The notes: generated from the sequence alone by a model not told the origin. A DNA stretch of 64,000 nucleotides from Eledone cirrhosa (GCA_964016885.1 OZ024740.1:194866001-194930000), one strand, 5' to 3'. Positions 1 to 13,134 are shown, counted from the first letter of the stretch. Made by a program: numbers and translations.

Positions 1-94
1 GAGTTTGCAGTAATTTCTATGCAGGTTATACTTGGAGTAATAATAGTTAAAGTTATCTTTAACTATATATATATTTATAGATATATATAAATAC

Positions 95-1043
95 ATCATC
101 ATCATCATCATCATCAACGTTTAACGTCCGTGTTCCATGCTTGCATGGGTTTGGACGGGGGTAGTCCCACTTGAGGCAAGAGTGATTGTCTTGCTCGCAT
201 AGGACTGTCTGGCAGGTTTTCTACAGTTGGATGCCCTTCCTAACACCAACCACATTTACAGTGTGGGTCTGGGAGGTTTTTACCGTGTTGCCTACACGGC
301 CACATTACAGCGTGGACTGTGTGTTTTTTTGTCGTGACACCTACACGATCTCATTTGTTTCGGCCTCGATGGCGCGGCACCAACATAACTTTACATAGAA
401 CGGGGTGGTGTGGATCGGGTGGGGGTGGTGGTGGTGGGACGGGGTGTATTTTGTTAGAGATGCCTACTGGCTGGAGTAGGTTTTACTATATATTTAGGTA
501 AGGCGGGTCTTCTCTGTTACTGAGTACCGCCAAAGGTCTCGGTCCAGTGACATTGTCTTGGAGAGGTGTAAGTGTGTGATGTCGGAGTTTATCAGCTCGT
601 CCCAGGTTTTTCTAGGTCTGCCTATTCCGTGACTACCATCTATCTTTATTGCCCTGCACTTTGTTATACAGCTATCGACTTTCATGCGCATCACGTGTCC
701 ATACCAACGTAGCCTTCTCTCGAGTAAACAACATCTGATCCCTCTTATCTCTAATTTTTTTCCTTAGTTCGTTTATGCTTTGCCGTTCACGTATATTACT
801 GTTACACATCCAGCGGAGCATGCAAGCTTCGTTTCTCTCTAGTCTGCGTATATCCTCTGCACACAATGCCCAGGTCTCACTGCCATGCAGCATTGCTGTT
901 CGTATGCAGGCATCGTACAACCTGCCTTTCATTTTTAGTGAGAACCCTTTAGCAGCTAATAGTGGTATAAGCTCTCTGAACTTTTTCCAACCAGTTCTGA
1001 CTCTAGCTACAGTACTTTCAGAGCACCCTCCCCCACTGCTGAT
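95..1043 (-). mobile_element. 5'-truncated RTE-clade LINE (family A): RT C-terminus, 3'UTR and (TGA)n tail
   Basis: Minus ORFs 672-932 and 494-694 give [20 protein letters not shown]...GRPRKTWDE with a frameshift; the 3'UTR has the GTTAGGAAGGGCATCCA motif; (CAT)n at 95-114. Confidence 0.9.
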
Positions 1044-1216
1044 TTTACATATATATATATACTTAGATACATACGTATATATATACTTAGATCATATGTA
1101 TATATATATATATATATATACTTAGATACATATGTATATATATATCTATATACTTATATATATATATATACTTAGATACATATGTATATATATATATATA
1201 TATACTTAGATCATAC

Positions 1217-1264
<48 letters not shown>

Positions 1265-1304
1265 GTATGATCTAAGTATATATATATATATAAGTATATA
1301 TATG

Positions 1305-1368
<64 letters not shown>

Positions 1369-1381
1369 CATATATATACAT
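1044..1381. repeat. (TA)n-based microsatellite
   Basis: Direct reading; source of the YIYI pseudo-ORFs. Confidence 0.95.
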
Positions 1382-1889
1382 ATAATATAAGATCAAAAGA
1401 TGGTTAAAGGAGTTCCATATATTTTATTATGCGCATTTCAAAAACAAACATCATCAAACAATAATATTTGCGTTTTCATCAGATAAAACAGGAGAACATG
1501 ATATGAAGGCTAAAAAACACTTGTTGATAGTGCAGTTTTAAATCAACATATGAAAAGTGGTTTTAGATTGATGTGTGATATTGGGAAAAATATATTTTTC
1601 CCAATATCACACATCAATCTAAAACCACTTTTCATATGTTGATTTAAAACTGCACTATCAACAAGTGTTTTTTAGCCTTCATATCATGTTCTCCTGTTTT
1701 ATCTGATGAAAACGCAAATATTATTGTTTGATGATGTTTGTTTTTGAAATGCGCATAATAAAATATATGGAACTCCTTTAACCATCTTTTGATCTTATAT
1801 TATGCATACTCCAGTCCCACAAACTGTAGAGTGCTTCTTATCCGATATCTGCATTGCTTTATTGTACTACAATAAAACTCACCTCCTAC
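1382..1889 (+). mobile_element. Fold-back Penelope-pLTR-like element: spacerless palindrome 1382-1803 plus unique tail
   Basis: Arms mirror about 1592/1593 (GGGAAAAATATATTTTTCCC); flanked by (TA)n; carries an HHR on each strand. Confidence 0.8.
1697..1763 (+). ncRNA. Type I hammerhead ribozyme motif (mirror copy on minus strand at 1422-1488)
   Basis: TTTTAT-CTGATGA-[stem II CAAATATTAT/ATGATGTTTG]-GAAA-TGCGCA-TA|ATAAAA; stem III is the palindrome ATGCGCAT. Confidence 0.8.
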
Positions 1890-1917
1890 ATATATATACA
1901 TATATATATATATATAT

Positions 1918-3460
1918 AGCTAAAAGTAAGCCACTCTACTTGGCATTTGTCAACCTTGAGAAAGCCTTTGACAGAGTTCCACGTGCTGTAATCTGGTGGG
2001 CTCTTAGAAAACTAGGAGTAGATGAATGGCTTGTGAAAGCGGTACAAGCCATGTATAGGGGAGCAGTCAGCAAAGTTAGGATTAGCAATGAGTATAGCGA
2101 GGAATTTAGCGTACAGGTTGGGGTCCACCAGGGCTCTGTTCTTAGCCCCCTCCTGTTCATCATAGTCCTGCAGGCAATAACGGAGGAGTTTAAGACCGGA
2201 TGCCCATGGGAACTCCTGTATGCTGATGACCTCGCACTCATAGCTGAATCTATGGTAGAACTAGAGAATAAATTCCAAACTTGGAAGCAGGGACTAGAAA
2301 GAAAGGGTCTCAAAGTCAACATGACAAAGACTAAGGTCCTTGTAAGTAGACGAGAAAACAGAACCCAGATCCCCTCAGGGAAATGGCCTTGCTCAGTATG
2401 TAGGAAAGGTGTAGGTAGGAACTCCATTCTCTGCCCCAAATGCAAACAATGGGTACACAAGAGATGTAGCGGGATCTCAGGAAGCTTAATTAAGAATGTA
2501 GGCTTCACATGCAGCAGCAAACAGCCACAGGAAACAAGTACCACCAATTTCTGGGAGGGCTCTGTAGAAACAGTAGACAGCTTCTGCTACCTAGGTGACC
2601 GAATTAGCAATGGAGGTGGGTGTTCAGAAAGTACAATAACTAGGGTAAGAACGGGATGGAAGAAGTTTAGGGAACTACTACCACTGCTAGCTGCAAAAGG
2701 CTTCTCCCTCAGAATGAAAGGCAGACTGTATGATGCATGTATCCGAACAGCAATGTTGCATGGTAGTGAGACCTGGGCGCTGAAGGTGGAAGACTTACGT
2801 AGATTAGAGAGAAACGAAGCCTGCATGCTCCGATGGATGTGTAATAGTAATATACGTGAACGACAAAGCATAAATGAATTGAGAGAGAGACTGAGCATAA
2901 GAGGAATCAAATGCTGCGTGCAGGAGAGGTGGTTGCGCTGGTATGGACATGTGATGCGTATGAAGGATGACAGCTGCATAAAAAGGTGCAGAGCACTAGA
3001 AGTTGATGGAAACCGCGGAGTGGGGAGACCCAAGATGACCTGGGATGAGGTGATAAAAGCCGACCTTACCCAATTAAACCTCTCAAAGGCAATGACACAT
3101 GACCGTGACCTCTGGCGTCACGCAGTAATACAGAGTACCCGACCTCCCATGGGTACAAGCTGAAGCATATAGACAATATGCCCCCACACCCCCCACTGCA
3201 AGGTCGTCATGGAGGTGCCACGGCTATAAAGCACCCAGCCCACACTGTAAAGTGGACATGTAGGCGCCACAAAAAAGCACCCAGCACTCACTGTAAATGA
3301 GGTTGGTGTTAGGAAGGGCATCCAGCTGCAGAAATCAAGCCAAATCAGTTCCTGTATGAGCAAGACATGGTCAGCCGACCAGACACTGCCCACAACAGGA
3401 CAACCCGTCTAACCCATGCTAGCGTGGAAGAACGGACGTAAAACGGTGATGATGATGATG
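1918..3460 (+). mobile_element. 5'-truncated RTE-clade LINE (family B): RT with Cys-rich insert, 3'UTR and (TGA)n tail
   Basis: ORF to 3163: LAFVNLEKAFDRVP (catalytic D>N), [44 protein letters not shown]. Confidence 0.95.
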
Positions 3461-3546
3461 ACATACATATATTTACACACATATATATATATATATATAC
3501 ATACATATATATACATATATATATATACATATATATACATACATAC

Positions 3547-3578
<32 letters not shown>

Positions 3579-3627
3579 ATACATATATATACATATATAT
3601 ACATATATACATACATACATATGTGCT

Positions 3628-3876
3628 TATTAATCAGGCAATGATTATATTATTAATAGGCCTCATGTGACATCATCAGATGCTCATATAATTATGTGAA
3701 GTAGTTATACTGGTATGTTGATATGCTGCTGGTAAGGTATTACCATCCTGGTGTAAAGATAGCAAACATATGATTACATATTAATATACGAACATAAGTA
3801 TTTCATGTAATTGTATGAGCATCTGATTATGTCATATGAGGCCTATTAATGATGTAACTATCGCATGATTAGTAAC
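3628..3876. repeat. Old imperfect inverted repeat (about 75-bp arms)
   Basis: TTAATAGGCCTCATGTGACATCATCAGATGCTCATA versus TATGAGCATCTGATTATGTCATATGAGGCCTATTAA. Confidence 0.7.
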
Positions 3877-4259
3877 CACGATGTCACCAAAATATATCTT
3901 ATGAAATAAGATAACTATGTAAACATAACTCTGTTTTGACACTATTTTGTAAATGGAAACTCTGCCACACTTAATTGCCACCATAATACTGGAGATATAT
4001 TACTCCACAGACATGGAGTGTTTTTTGACTCCTTAAAATGGATTACCTTCGCAGTATTACAAAGCAACTTTCAAGCATGAACACACTAATTATCTAATTA
4101 TCTTCACTATATCATAATCATCATCATCACTGTTTTTCGTCCATTCTTCCATGCTAGCATGGGTTAGATGGGTTGTCCTGTTGTGGGTGATGTTAGATTG
4201 GGTGACCTTCTCTTGCTCATACGGGAACTAATTTTGGCGTGACTTCTACAGCTGGATGC

Positions 4260-4300
<41 letters not shown>

Positions 4301-4304
<4 letters not shown>

Positions 4305-4499
4305 AGGTGAGTTTTATTGTAGTACAATAAAGCAATGCAATGTTGATTTAAAACTGCACTATCCACAAGTGTTTTTTAACCTTCATATCATGTCTTCCTG
4401 TTTTATCTGATGAAAACACAAATATTATTGCATGATGATATTTGTTTTTGAAATGCGCATAATAAAATACATGGAACTCTTTTAACCATCTTTTGTTCT

Positions 4500-4503
<4 letters not shown>
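4301..4503 (+). mobile_element. Second copy of the 1382 family: inverted tail (4301-4339) fused to an HHR-bearing segment (HHR 4401-4467)
   Basis: Matches 1637-1800 directly and 1850-1889 inverted; CTGATGA at 4407, GAAATGCGCATA at 4450; inside (TA)n. Confidence 0.85.
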
Positions 4504-4538
<35 letters not shown>

Positions 4539-4540
<2 letters not shown>

Positions 4541-4963
4541 ACTGGACCGTGACCTTTGGCGGTACTCAGTAACAGAGAAGACCCGCCTTGCCAGTAGGCA
4601 TCTCTAACAAACTACACCCCGTCCCGCCACCACCCCCACCCCATCCACACCACCCCGTTCCATGTAAAGTTATGTTGGTGCCGCGCCATCCAGGCCGAAA
4701 CAAACGAGATCGTGTAGGTGTCACGACAAAAAACACACAGTCCACGCTGTAATGTGGCCGTGTAGGCAACACGGTAAAAACCTCCCAGACCCACACTGTA
4801 AATGTGGTTGGTGTTAGGAAGGGCATCCAACTGTAGAAAACCTGCCAGACAGTCCTATGCGAGCAAGACAATCACTCTTGCCTCAAGTGGGACTACCCCC
4901 GTCCAAACCCATGCAAGCGTGGAACACGGACGTTAAACGTTGATGATGATGATGATGATGATG
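4539..4963 (+). mobile_element. RTE family A 3' end
   Basis: Near-identical reverse complement of about 95-550; (TGA)n tail. Confidence 0.9.
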
Positions 4964-4969
4964 ATATAT

Positions 4970-5170
4970 AGTGGTAGAACACTGGAAGGTAATATCCATA
5001 GGGGTAGAGTACTCAGTCCATGGGACGAGTTAGGTAGAAGTGGTTACACAACAGTTAGTTCACCATACCGAGAACAATTGTTTCACCTTAGCGCATCCTC
5101 AGCTGACGATCCGCTAAGGTGAAAGAATTGTTTTTGGTATGGTGAACTAACTGTTGTGTAACCACTTCTA
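4970..5170 (-). mobile_element. Fold-back element with hairpin 5035-5170 centred on hammerhead cores
   Basis: Arms TAGAAGTGGTTACACAACAGTTAGTTCACCATACC and its complement; CTGACGA..GAAA on +, CTGAGGA..GAAACAATTGTT on -. Confidence 0.7.
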
Positions 5171-5190
5171 TATATATATATATATATATA

Positions 5191-5670
5191 CAATGATATT
5201 AAATAAATGGAAACTATATTTATAAAACCATATTTATTCTATTATATATATTTAAAGGGTACCAAAACTTTGGTACGCTCTCATCAGATAAAATACAATG
5301 TTTGTTTTATAAATATTGACATAACCAGGAAGAAGATCTTAACGGTTCAAGTTTTTCCTGGATAGTAAAGGAAAGTCAAATATTTCAAAATTATTAAGAT
5401 GAGTATGCAAATGAGGTATAGGGCTGAAAAAAAACGTTATTTTTAGACGCTAGGTAGATTTAAATAATTATTAGGATATATGTATGTATGTGTAGAAAGA
5501 GAAAGAATGAAAGAATTTTATCTGATGAGAGCGTACCAAAGTTTTGGTACCCTTGAAATACATATAATAGAATAAATATGGTTTTATAAATATAGTTTCC
5601 ATTTATTTAATATTATTGAATATTATACTCCAGAAAACTTGTCGAGTGCTTTGAATCAGTTATAAACATT
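5191..5670 (+). mobile_element. pLTR-like element with inverted arms 5191-5294 / 5515-5618 and HHR at 5515-5573
   Basis: ATTTTAT-CTGATGA-GAGCGTACCAAAGTTTTGGTACCCTT-GAAA-TACATA-TA|ATAGAAT; the minus copy has GAAA>TAAA. Confidence 0.75.
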
Positions 5671-5734
5671 TATATTTGTTGAATTACCAACAAATTAAAT
5701 ATCCCTTTTGCTTATATATATATACATATATATT

Positions 5735-6340
5735 CATCAAAAACATCAGCACCAGGAGGACAAATCTTTCCTCCCACAAGGCCATCTTTGACAGAGTGGC
5801 ACTTTACTACAACACCACGTTAGCCAACAATGGAATATCTGAAAACATTTCTTATTCCTCTCACCAGCCTCACACTAATAGTAGAAAGAAAAATAGTAAT
5901 GAAAAAATACTTTGGTTTTTCCCATCTTTCTCATGTAGGTAAGAAATTCTTAACAATCTTAGACAAGCACTTCCCAATAAGGTATAAATACAGATTCATC
6001 TTTAACAGGCACATGGTGAAACTCAGATATTCATGCATTTAAATATGAAAGCCCACATCACCACCAACTCCAAGAGTGTTCCCTCACCCAGCTTCCAGAA
6101 CCATGCCTTCTACAACAACAGTGTAACACATCCACAGTTGTATATGATGCTGAAGTTACATCTACTTGGCAGAACTAACACCAAGAAGTCAGGACATATG
6201 TGGATATATCAGAAGGCCAGTTTAAAGAATGCTTCCTTAACCAAGAGACAACCTTTAGACACCCAGAAGGTGATCAACCACAAAACTAGCAAGTCAATCA
6301 AAACATTAAGTTTAGATGGTGTTGTTTTGAAATTCTCATA
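5735..6340 (+). mobile_element. Decayed Penelope-like element: RT thumb/linker and GIY-YIG endonuclease fragment
   Basis: KILWFFPSFS / VGKKFLTILDKHFP..IFNRHMVKLRYSC / NMKAHI, then VVYDAEV...TYVDISEGQFKE; matches my recollection of the PLE consensus IIWFNPPF..FL.LIDKHFP..IFNR..VK.SYSC. Confidence 0.85.
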
Positions 6341-6644
6341 AGTGGAGAACATATTTACGAAATTTAATATTTTAATATTTAAAATGTTTTAAGTGTCGTT
6401 TAGAGTATAGTTTTTTTCATTTCAGAACTCATTTATATAATAATTTTTTTAACAAATTCTGACTGTTTTGGTGAATATATTTATTCAAAATACAAAAAAA
6501 AAATTTAACCTCCAAAGTGACACTGTAGTAATATTTATCTCCAAGGCAAAAATAGTTTAACACCTCATTTATGTAGAATTGCAAGTTGGTGAAAATTGGC
6601 AAAATATTAACTATGAATAAGCTGACTCTCCATTTTACCATCAA

Positions 6645-6925
6645 TTTTGGAGTAACGTTACTCAATAAAGTGTGTAAACTAAGAGATCAAGGAGTCACTT
6701 CAGGTAGAGCTGCTACTGCTGCAAATTGAGAGATCACAGCTTCGATACTATGAGCATGTGGTTAGAATGTCTCAGGAAAGAATCGCTGGACAGATTTTAT
6801 GGGCAAAACCAGCTGGTAGGAAACCGGGGGGGGGGGGGGGGGGTAAGCTGAGCAAGATTGATGGATAACATCCATGAGCTTAGCCGGTCACACTTGAGGA
6901 CATTGCACCCACGACCCTCTAAGAA
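6645..6925 (+). mobile_element. Degenerate RTE (Expander/Rex3-like) 3' fragment
   Basis: Homologous to 8872-9018 (TTTGGAGTAACGTTACTCAATAAAGT...GTTAGAATGTCTCAG); (GAA)n tail. Confidence 0.65.
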
Positions 6926-7699
6926 AGAAGAAGAAGAAGAAGTCATATATCTCAGCTTATATAGGAGCATACACAGTACATCATGATGTAGTTATCATAC
7001 ATGTATGTTTATTTTAACTCCTAATCTAAACCATAATAAAGGTAGGTCTGTGGGACTGCATACGGTTTATTTCTTTTAATCCAGTTAGTAAAATAAGTTG
7101 GATTACTTTGAATAAATAATTGTTTCTACTTTAGGCACAAGGCCAGCAATTACCCAGTGCATTACTGGTACTTTGAATAAATAATGAATGAATATTACAT
7201 AATTTATGTACTAAATTTCGTAAACAAATAATTTTGTAAAAATAAATAATCTAAAATTGACTTCTTTTCAAAGTTGCACTTCCGGTATATCGTCGCCACC
7301 ACCACCACTTCAACTACCATATATATAGAAAGAAAGAATGTGTGATGAGAAGTATAGAGAGATTATGATTTTCTACACGCTGACGCGTATGAGTATATAA
7401 CTATAATCATGCAAACACAAACTTATAAAAATACGCAGACATACTTTCACACAAATACACATACATTCACACAAATTCACATACATTCACACAAATATAC
7501 ATACTTTCACACATATACATTTACACAAACATACATACATTCACACATACTTTCACACAAATATACATACATTTACACAAACATACATACATTCACACAT
7601 ACATTTACACAAACACACACATAGTCATGATAGCAGCGTTCGGTGAAATTGGAAAGGGGAGGGTAAAACAAGTATAACGTTTTATTTATGTATTAACCC

Positions 7700-8410
7700 T
7701 TTATTTATTTATTAACTCTTTTTAAAAAAAAAATCATTTAATATAATGGTTACAGAACAAAAACACTAACAAATATAATATATACAAAGGAAAGGGAAAG
7801 GAAAAAAAGAAAGAGAAAAAATACACAAGCAGGTAATACACACATCTTAGGCCACAGAACAATATGCAGGCGAAAGAGTGGTAAAAATGAGACGCTACCA
7901 GAGCAAAAGATAGCAATATAGCGAGGACACTGGGAAACCTCTCTAATAATTTTTGAGGCAGGCCAGCATGCTCGCAGCGTTACCTGGGGTGATGGCGAGG
8001 CTGAGGTGCTGGAACACCCAAGTGTCCTCCCAAGCATCACCAGTTTCCTTTGTTTGGTGAGCCGCCAGTGAAGGTAAGAATCTCGCTGTCAGTAGCCCGA
8101 CTCCCCCAAACGTCTCGAACGCCACAGGTTGGATAATTTAGTTAGCTGACAGAACACGGTATTTTAGGATTTGTTTCTGTTCAGCTGTGGATACTCTAGC
8201 TCTCGCCCTTACCGCTGCATCTAGGATGTGGGAAGAAGCAAAAGAGTCACTAGCTGTGACGTCCCAGGTAAGGCACCTGCTTCTTGACCAGGAGCACAGA
8301 GTAAGACCATGAAGTCTTTTCCCATCAATTCAGGATAACCCAGACGGTTCCAAAATTGAGGGGATGTTTGCCCGGGCCAAAGCTCTTGAGTGGTAATAGG
8401 ACAGTGTGTG
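7700..8410 (-). mobile_element. CRE-like RLE non-LTR retrotransposon 3' fragment
   Basis: CLTWDVT...VAFETFGGVG..FL...TGDAWE..FQHLSLAITPGNAASML resembles the CRE-clade endonuclease C-terminus. Confidence 0.75.
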
Positions 8411-8574
8411 CATGTGCATGCGCGTGAGTTTGTCGGCATTCTTAAATTAGAGACACGTGTGTGTGTGTGTCACTGTTTTTAAGTCAGACATATATATGTG
8501 TGTATGCCTTTCCTTCCTTTTACACACACATACACATTGCGTGATGGACGGGTAGACAGAAGTCCCTCAAATTT

Positions 8575-9020
8575 ATATACATGTGAATGGAGTTCTACTG
8601 AAGCAGTTAGAGAAGTTCAAGTATCTTGGAGCCGTGTTCATGAATGATGGAATGCAGGAGGCTGAATTAGGTGCAGGAATTGCAAAAGCTGATGCAGTAA
8701 TGCACCAGCCTCAGCATTCAGCAATCAGATGAAAGAGGTAGGTGTAAAAGCCATACTCGCTGTCTTCCTGGTATCCCTGCCAACTCTTACCGAGGATCGT
8801 GAATCTTGAGTAATGACCAAAAGAATACAATTGCAAATAAAAGTGGCAGAAATGGGATTCCTCTGTAGGGTCTTTGGAGTAACGTTACTCAATAAAGTAC
8901 ATAGCTCAGAGACCAGAGAGTCACTCCTGATAGAGCCGCTACTTTTCCGAATTCAGAGATCACAACTCCGATATTATGAGCATGGGGTTAGAATGTCTCA
9001 GTATAGAATCGCTGGACACA
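8575..9020 (+). mobile_element. Decayed RTE (Expander/Rex3-like) RT fragment
   Basis: LKQLEKFKYLG..., VAEMGFLCRVFGVTLLNKVHSSETRESLLIEPLLFRIQRSQLRY. Confidence 0.8.
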
Positions 9021-9029
9021 TAATAAATA

Positions 9030-9432
9030 ATTATTGTGGGTAAAGTGGTGAGTAAAATGATTATTGTGGGTAAAGTAGTGGGTAAAAGGATTATTGTGGG
9101 TAAAAAATGGATCCCCCTCCCAAATAAAAAACGAATCCCCAGCCCCCCCCCCCCCAAAAAAAAACGGACTCTCAAATATAGAACGGATCACCTCACATAA
9201 AAAATGGAACTCCGCAAATTAAAAACGGATCCCCCCAAATTAAAAATGGACCCTGGCCCAAATAAAAAATGGATCCCCCCCAAATAAAAAACGGACCCCC
9301 CCCCCCAATAAAAAACAGATCCCCCTCCAAATAAAATAATGTGCACCCAAATAAAAAACGAACCTCCCCCCTAAATAAAAAATTTATTATTGTGGGTAAA
9401 CGGGTTGGTAAAATAATTTTTGTGGGTAAAAA
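9030..9432. repeat. Compound minisatellite: ATTATTGTGGGTAAA units bracketing about 11 AAATAAAAAACGGATCCCCCC-like units
   Basis: Direct reading; abuts the Helitron coding region. Confidence 0.85.
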
Positions 9433-12141
9433 ACGATGATCAAGGAAATTGTGTTCATTCCCAAAATGAGATTGAGACCTATATCAATACATGGTACATC
9501 TCAGCGAGTGAAGCATTCTGGAGAATCTATGAATTTCCATTACATCATCGAAAACCCCCAGTTGAAAAGTTGCCTTGCCATTTACCCGGGGAACAAATGG
9601 TCGTGTATGACTGAGGGCAGGAAGAAAGTATTGTTTCTAGGGGACAGCCAATGACTAAGTTGACGGAATATTTTCAATGAATATTAGAGACCCACTGGCA
9701 CAAAACATATTGTATATTGATATTCCTAAATATTTCACTTGGACAAACAAAAAGTGGCAAAGAAGGAAAAAGGGACATCTGGATGGTGATCAACAATTTA
9801 TGATTGAATCTCTTGGACGCATTCCAACAGTATCTCTCAGTAGACACCAATCTGAATTATATTACCTCAGGATGATCCTACATCACAAGGCTAGGTTAAC
9901 TTCATACAAAGATTTGAGGACAATTGAAGGAGGTGAATTTCCAACATTCCAAGAAGCATGCAGGAAACTTGGTCTGTTAGATGAAGATGGAGAAAAAGAC
10001 AAAGGTATGGAAGAGGCCTCATCCATTACGCTTGGTCCTCAGCTGCGAGAGATCTTCTGCACCATTTTATTGTACAGCATGCCAAATGACCCTCTGCAGT
10101 TCTGGGAGAAATGGAAGAATTGTCTTGCAGAGGACATCATGCATGAACATCATGAGCAAGTCATGTCCATGCAAACCGTGCAGATTGTTCTACAGAAGAT
10201 CCAACAAAGACTTCAGCATGATGGCTTGGACATTCATGCCAACTATGGACTTCCTCGGCCAGACCCAACTATTGTTGCCATACCAGAAATCAACAGAAAC
10301 TGATTTCAATACACACCAATTGCAAGCAAACATTAAACGAACTTCTGCCAACATTGAATCCTGAGCAACTGGTTATTTTTCACAAAGTAATCACCTCTGT
10401 AAATCAAAATGAAGGCAGAATTTTCTGCTTGAATGCAAGTGCAGGTACAGGAAAGACCTATGTCATAAACATCCTATTGGATTACCTCTGATCTAAAAAG
10501 AAAAATTGCACTTGCCACTGCCATATCTGGAATAGCAGTCACTTTGCTTCACAAAGGTAGGACTCTTCATTCCAAGTGCAAGATTCCTCTCAATGTGACT
10601 GCTGAATCAACTTGCTTCTTCACAAAGAGTGATGACACAGGTAAACTCATGCAGCAAGCTGACCTGCTAATTATTGATGAGATAGGTATGGGACATAAAC
10701 ATATCTTTGAATGCCTTGACAGGAGCTTCAAAGATGTTCGAGATTACAAAAGGCCATTTGGTGATCTAACAGATTTACTATCTGGTGACTGGAAGCAAAT
10801 TCTTCCAGTTGTACATCATGGTGCTAGACCACAAATAGTTGAGGCAACCATCAAGAGATCCTATCTCTGGGACTATGCGGAAACCATGGAGATGACAACC
10901 AATCAATGGTTAATTAATGCAGAGGATTCTGATGAAAGACAGTTTGCAAACTACCTTCTTGATGTGGGAAATGGTAACATTCCAACTGTAGGTGCATTCA
11001 CAATTCTTCTGCCAAATGAACTTTATCTGGAATATGGTAATGTGTCTAGCCTGTGTGATTTTGTGTATACAAATCTTCCAGGAAACTACATAAACCCACT
11101 ATGGCTTGCAAATAGAGCCATTATCACTCCAGCAAATGATGCAGCAAGATTGGTGAATGAGTTCATCATGGTCAAAAAGTTACCTGGTCATGAAATAATC
11201 TACAGAAGTTCTGATACAGTAGATAATGAACTGCAATATCCAATTGAGTTCATCAACAAACTTACCCCATCAGGCTTCCCAACACACATACTTAAACTGA
11301 AGAAAGGCAGTTGCATCATGCTTCTGAGAAATCTGGATCCTCTAAACAGGCATTCAATGGTACATGCTACATCATCATCAGTTTACATAATCATGTAATT
11401 GAAGCTGAAGTGGCATTGGGTCCCAATGCTGGAACAGGTTGCTAATCCCACATGTATCTTAAGAGCTTGTGTTCCCTTTCACCTTTACTCACAAGCAATT
11501 TCCTGTCAAACCAGCCTTTACCCTTACATGCAACAAGGCACAAGGGCAGACATTTGAAAAGATAGGTGTATATCTACCAAGACAATTCTTCTCACATGGT
11601 CAGATGTATGTTGCATTATCACGAGTTACAAAAAAGGAAAATATAAAAATATTAAATGAAAGGGGTCTGTTTGCTGACAACTGTGTCTACAAAGAAATTC
11701 TACAGTGATGTGAAACAGCTATCACTCTCTTTTAGTTGAAATGCATTTCAGTTTCTTTTTAACTGCTAGAAAAGGGACACTACAAAACTTAAGAAGTCTA
11801 TATGTGAATACAGTAAAACAACAATATAGCGAAGGTCAACTCTTCATATTGGTAAATGTAATTCATTCATTCATACCAGCAGCATCTATTTTCAAATTCA
11901 CTGCTTGAAGCTTCCCATCGACATTCTCTGTCAACAGTTTTATCGCTTTTCCATCTCCATTATTGCCTTTTTTTAAATGTATCATGGATTACTTGACTGA
12001 TTACAGAAGTAAGTGTAACACAATCTTTGTTCAGTTTATGTGCATATTGTCAATTTATGTATTATATCTATATTTGTGTATATCAATATACACACTATAT
12101 ATACTAGCAGAAAACCACCCAAAGGGCGGTTCTTCTGCTAG
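9433..12141 (+). mobile_element. Decayed Helitron (RepHel C-terminal half, PIF1-like helicase)
   Basis: YISASEAFWRI, ELYYLRMIL, TFQEAC..LGLL, Walker A SAGTGKT (about 10440), LLIIDEIGM, GDWKQILPV, MLLRNL, NKAQGQT, FSHGQMYVALSRV; several stops and frameshifts; hairpin plus CTAG at 12104-12141. Confidence 0.92.
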
Positions 12142-12320
12142 CTTACATAAATTTGTATGTGTGCTAATTATAAGATATGTAATTTAAGCTGGTGGTAGGA
12201 TGAAATAAAGTATGATGAAATCTGAAATGTTCTCATAGGTGCCAGTTAGACATTATATTTAAAAACTGATTGAGACAAGATATAAGATGGCTCTAATAGT
12301 CTAGAATTTTCTTTGACTTG

Positions 12321-12329
<9 letters not shown>

Positions 12330-12351
<22 letters not shown>

Positions 12352-12545
12352 AATTCCTCTACGTCTTTGCAGTGACATGATAAAACCTTTCCATCTCACA
12401 TGATCCAACATTAACTACTTCAATTCTTCATAGGATAGTTCTGTGTCTTCCTCAATGACTCTCATTAATGTCTTGAGAGGTCTTATACAATTAGGTTTCC
12501 CATTAGTGGGCTCCCATAGTAAAAGTTTTGTAGTAGGTTCTAATT
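12330..12545 (-). mobile_element. Old RTE-like LINE 3' remnant
   Basis: Minus translation resembling LLLWEPTNGK..RP.KT....EEDT; (TAG)n tail. Confidence 0.5.
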
Positions 12546-13134
12546 CTCATCAAATCATTATAATTGATAATTTATTTCTAGTCTACTAACCAATTAGTTA
12601 ACCATAAAAAAAAAAGGATCGATCGACTTTCGTCAAATCGGACTGAGGAAACAATGTTTCTGTTGGCCTTTCCAGTTGCTAATACTATCTATCGGTCACA
12701 ACTCTGTAATAACATTTTTAATAATCATAGTCTACTGCATAGCACATTATCATAAAAATAAGAAAATTAATAAAACGTGAAATTTCCACAGGTTTCACTA
12801 GTATAAAATATGTAGTCCTTGATGCCCTTCTCTAAAAAAAACAGGATGGCTATTGTTATAATACCTTTGATTACAGGCCTGCTCAATGAAAGTAGGTCCA
12901 GCACTGAACACCAACAATACATATACAGATATTCTAGATTGAATCAATAGAAAGGCCTCTCAACTGAATTGGCATGAACATACTTCAACCTCTAGTTTGC
13001 AGACATACAAACTGTTCCTTTTCTAACAGTTGCTCCAGTTTCTTTGGAGGTGGCTGATGTCATGCCATCTTAACTCAGGACCTCCCAAGCCATACATATT
13101 TCCTTATTTCATTATCTATTTTGCACCCACCTAA

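Noticed and set aside
7277-7392. ETS (CACTTCCGG) and CRE-like motifs as a promoter; ETS also near 20115
   Set aside because: Short motifs with no linked gene.
9030-9432. Short regularly repeated units suggestive of a CRISPR array
   Set aside because: No unique spacers, degenerate units, eukaryotic context and no cas genes; this is a minisatellite.
9433-11708. Host PIF1 helicase gene
   Set aside because: Intronless, with many stops and frameshifts and Helitron-specific upstream motifs.
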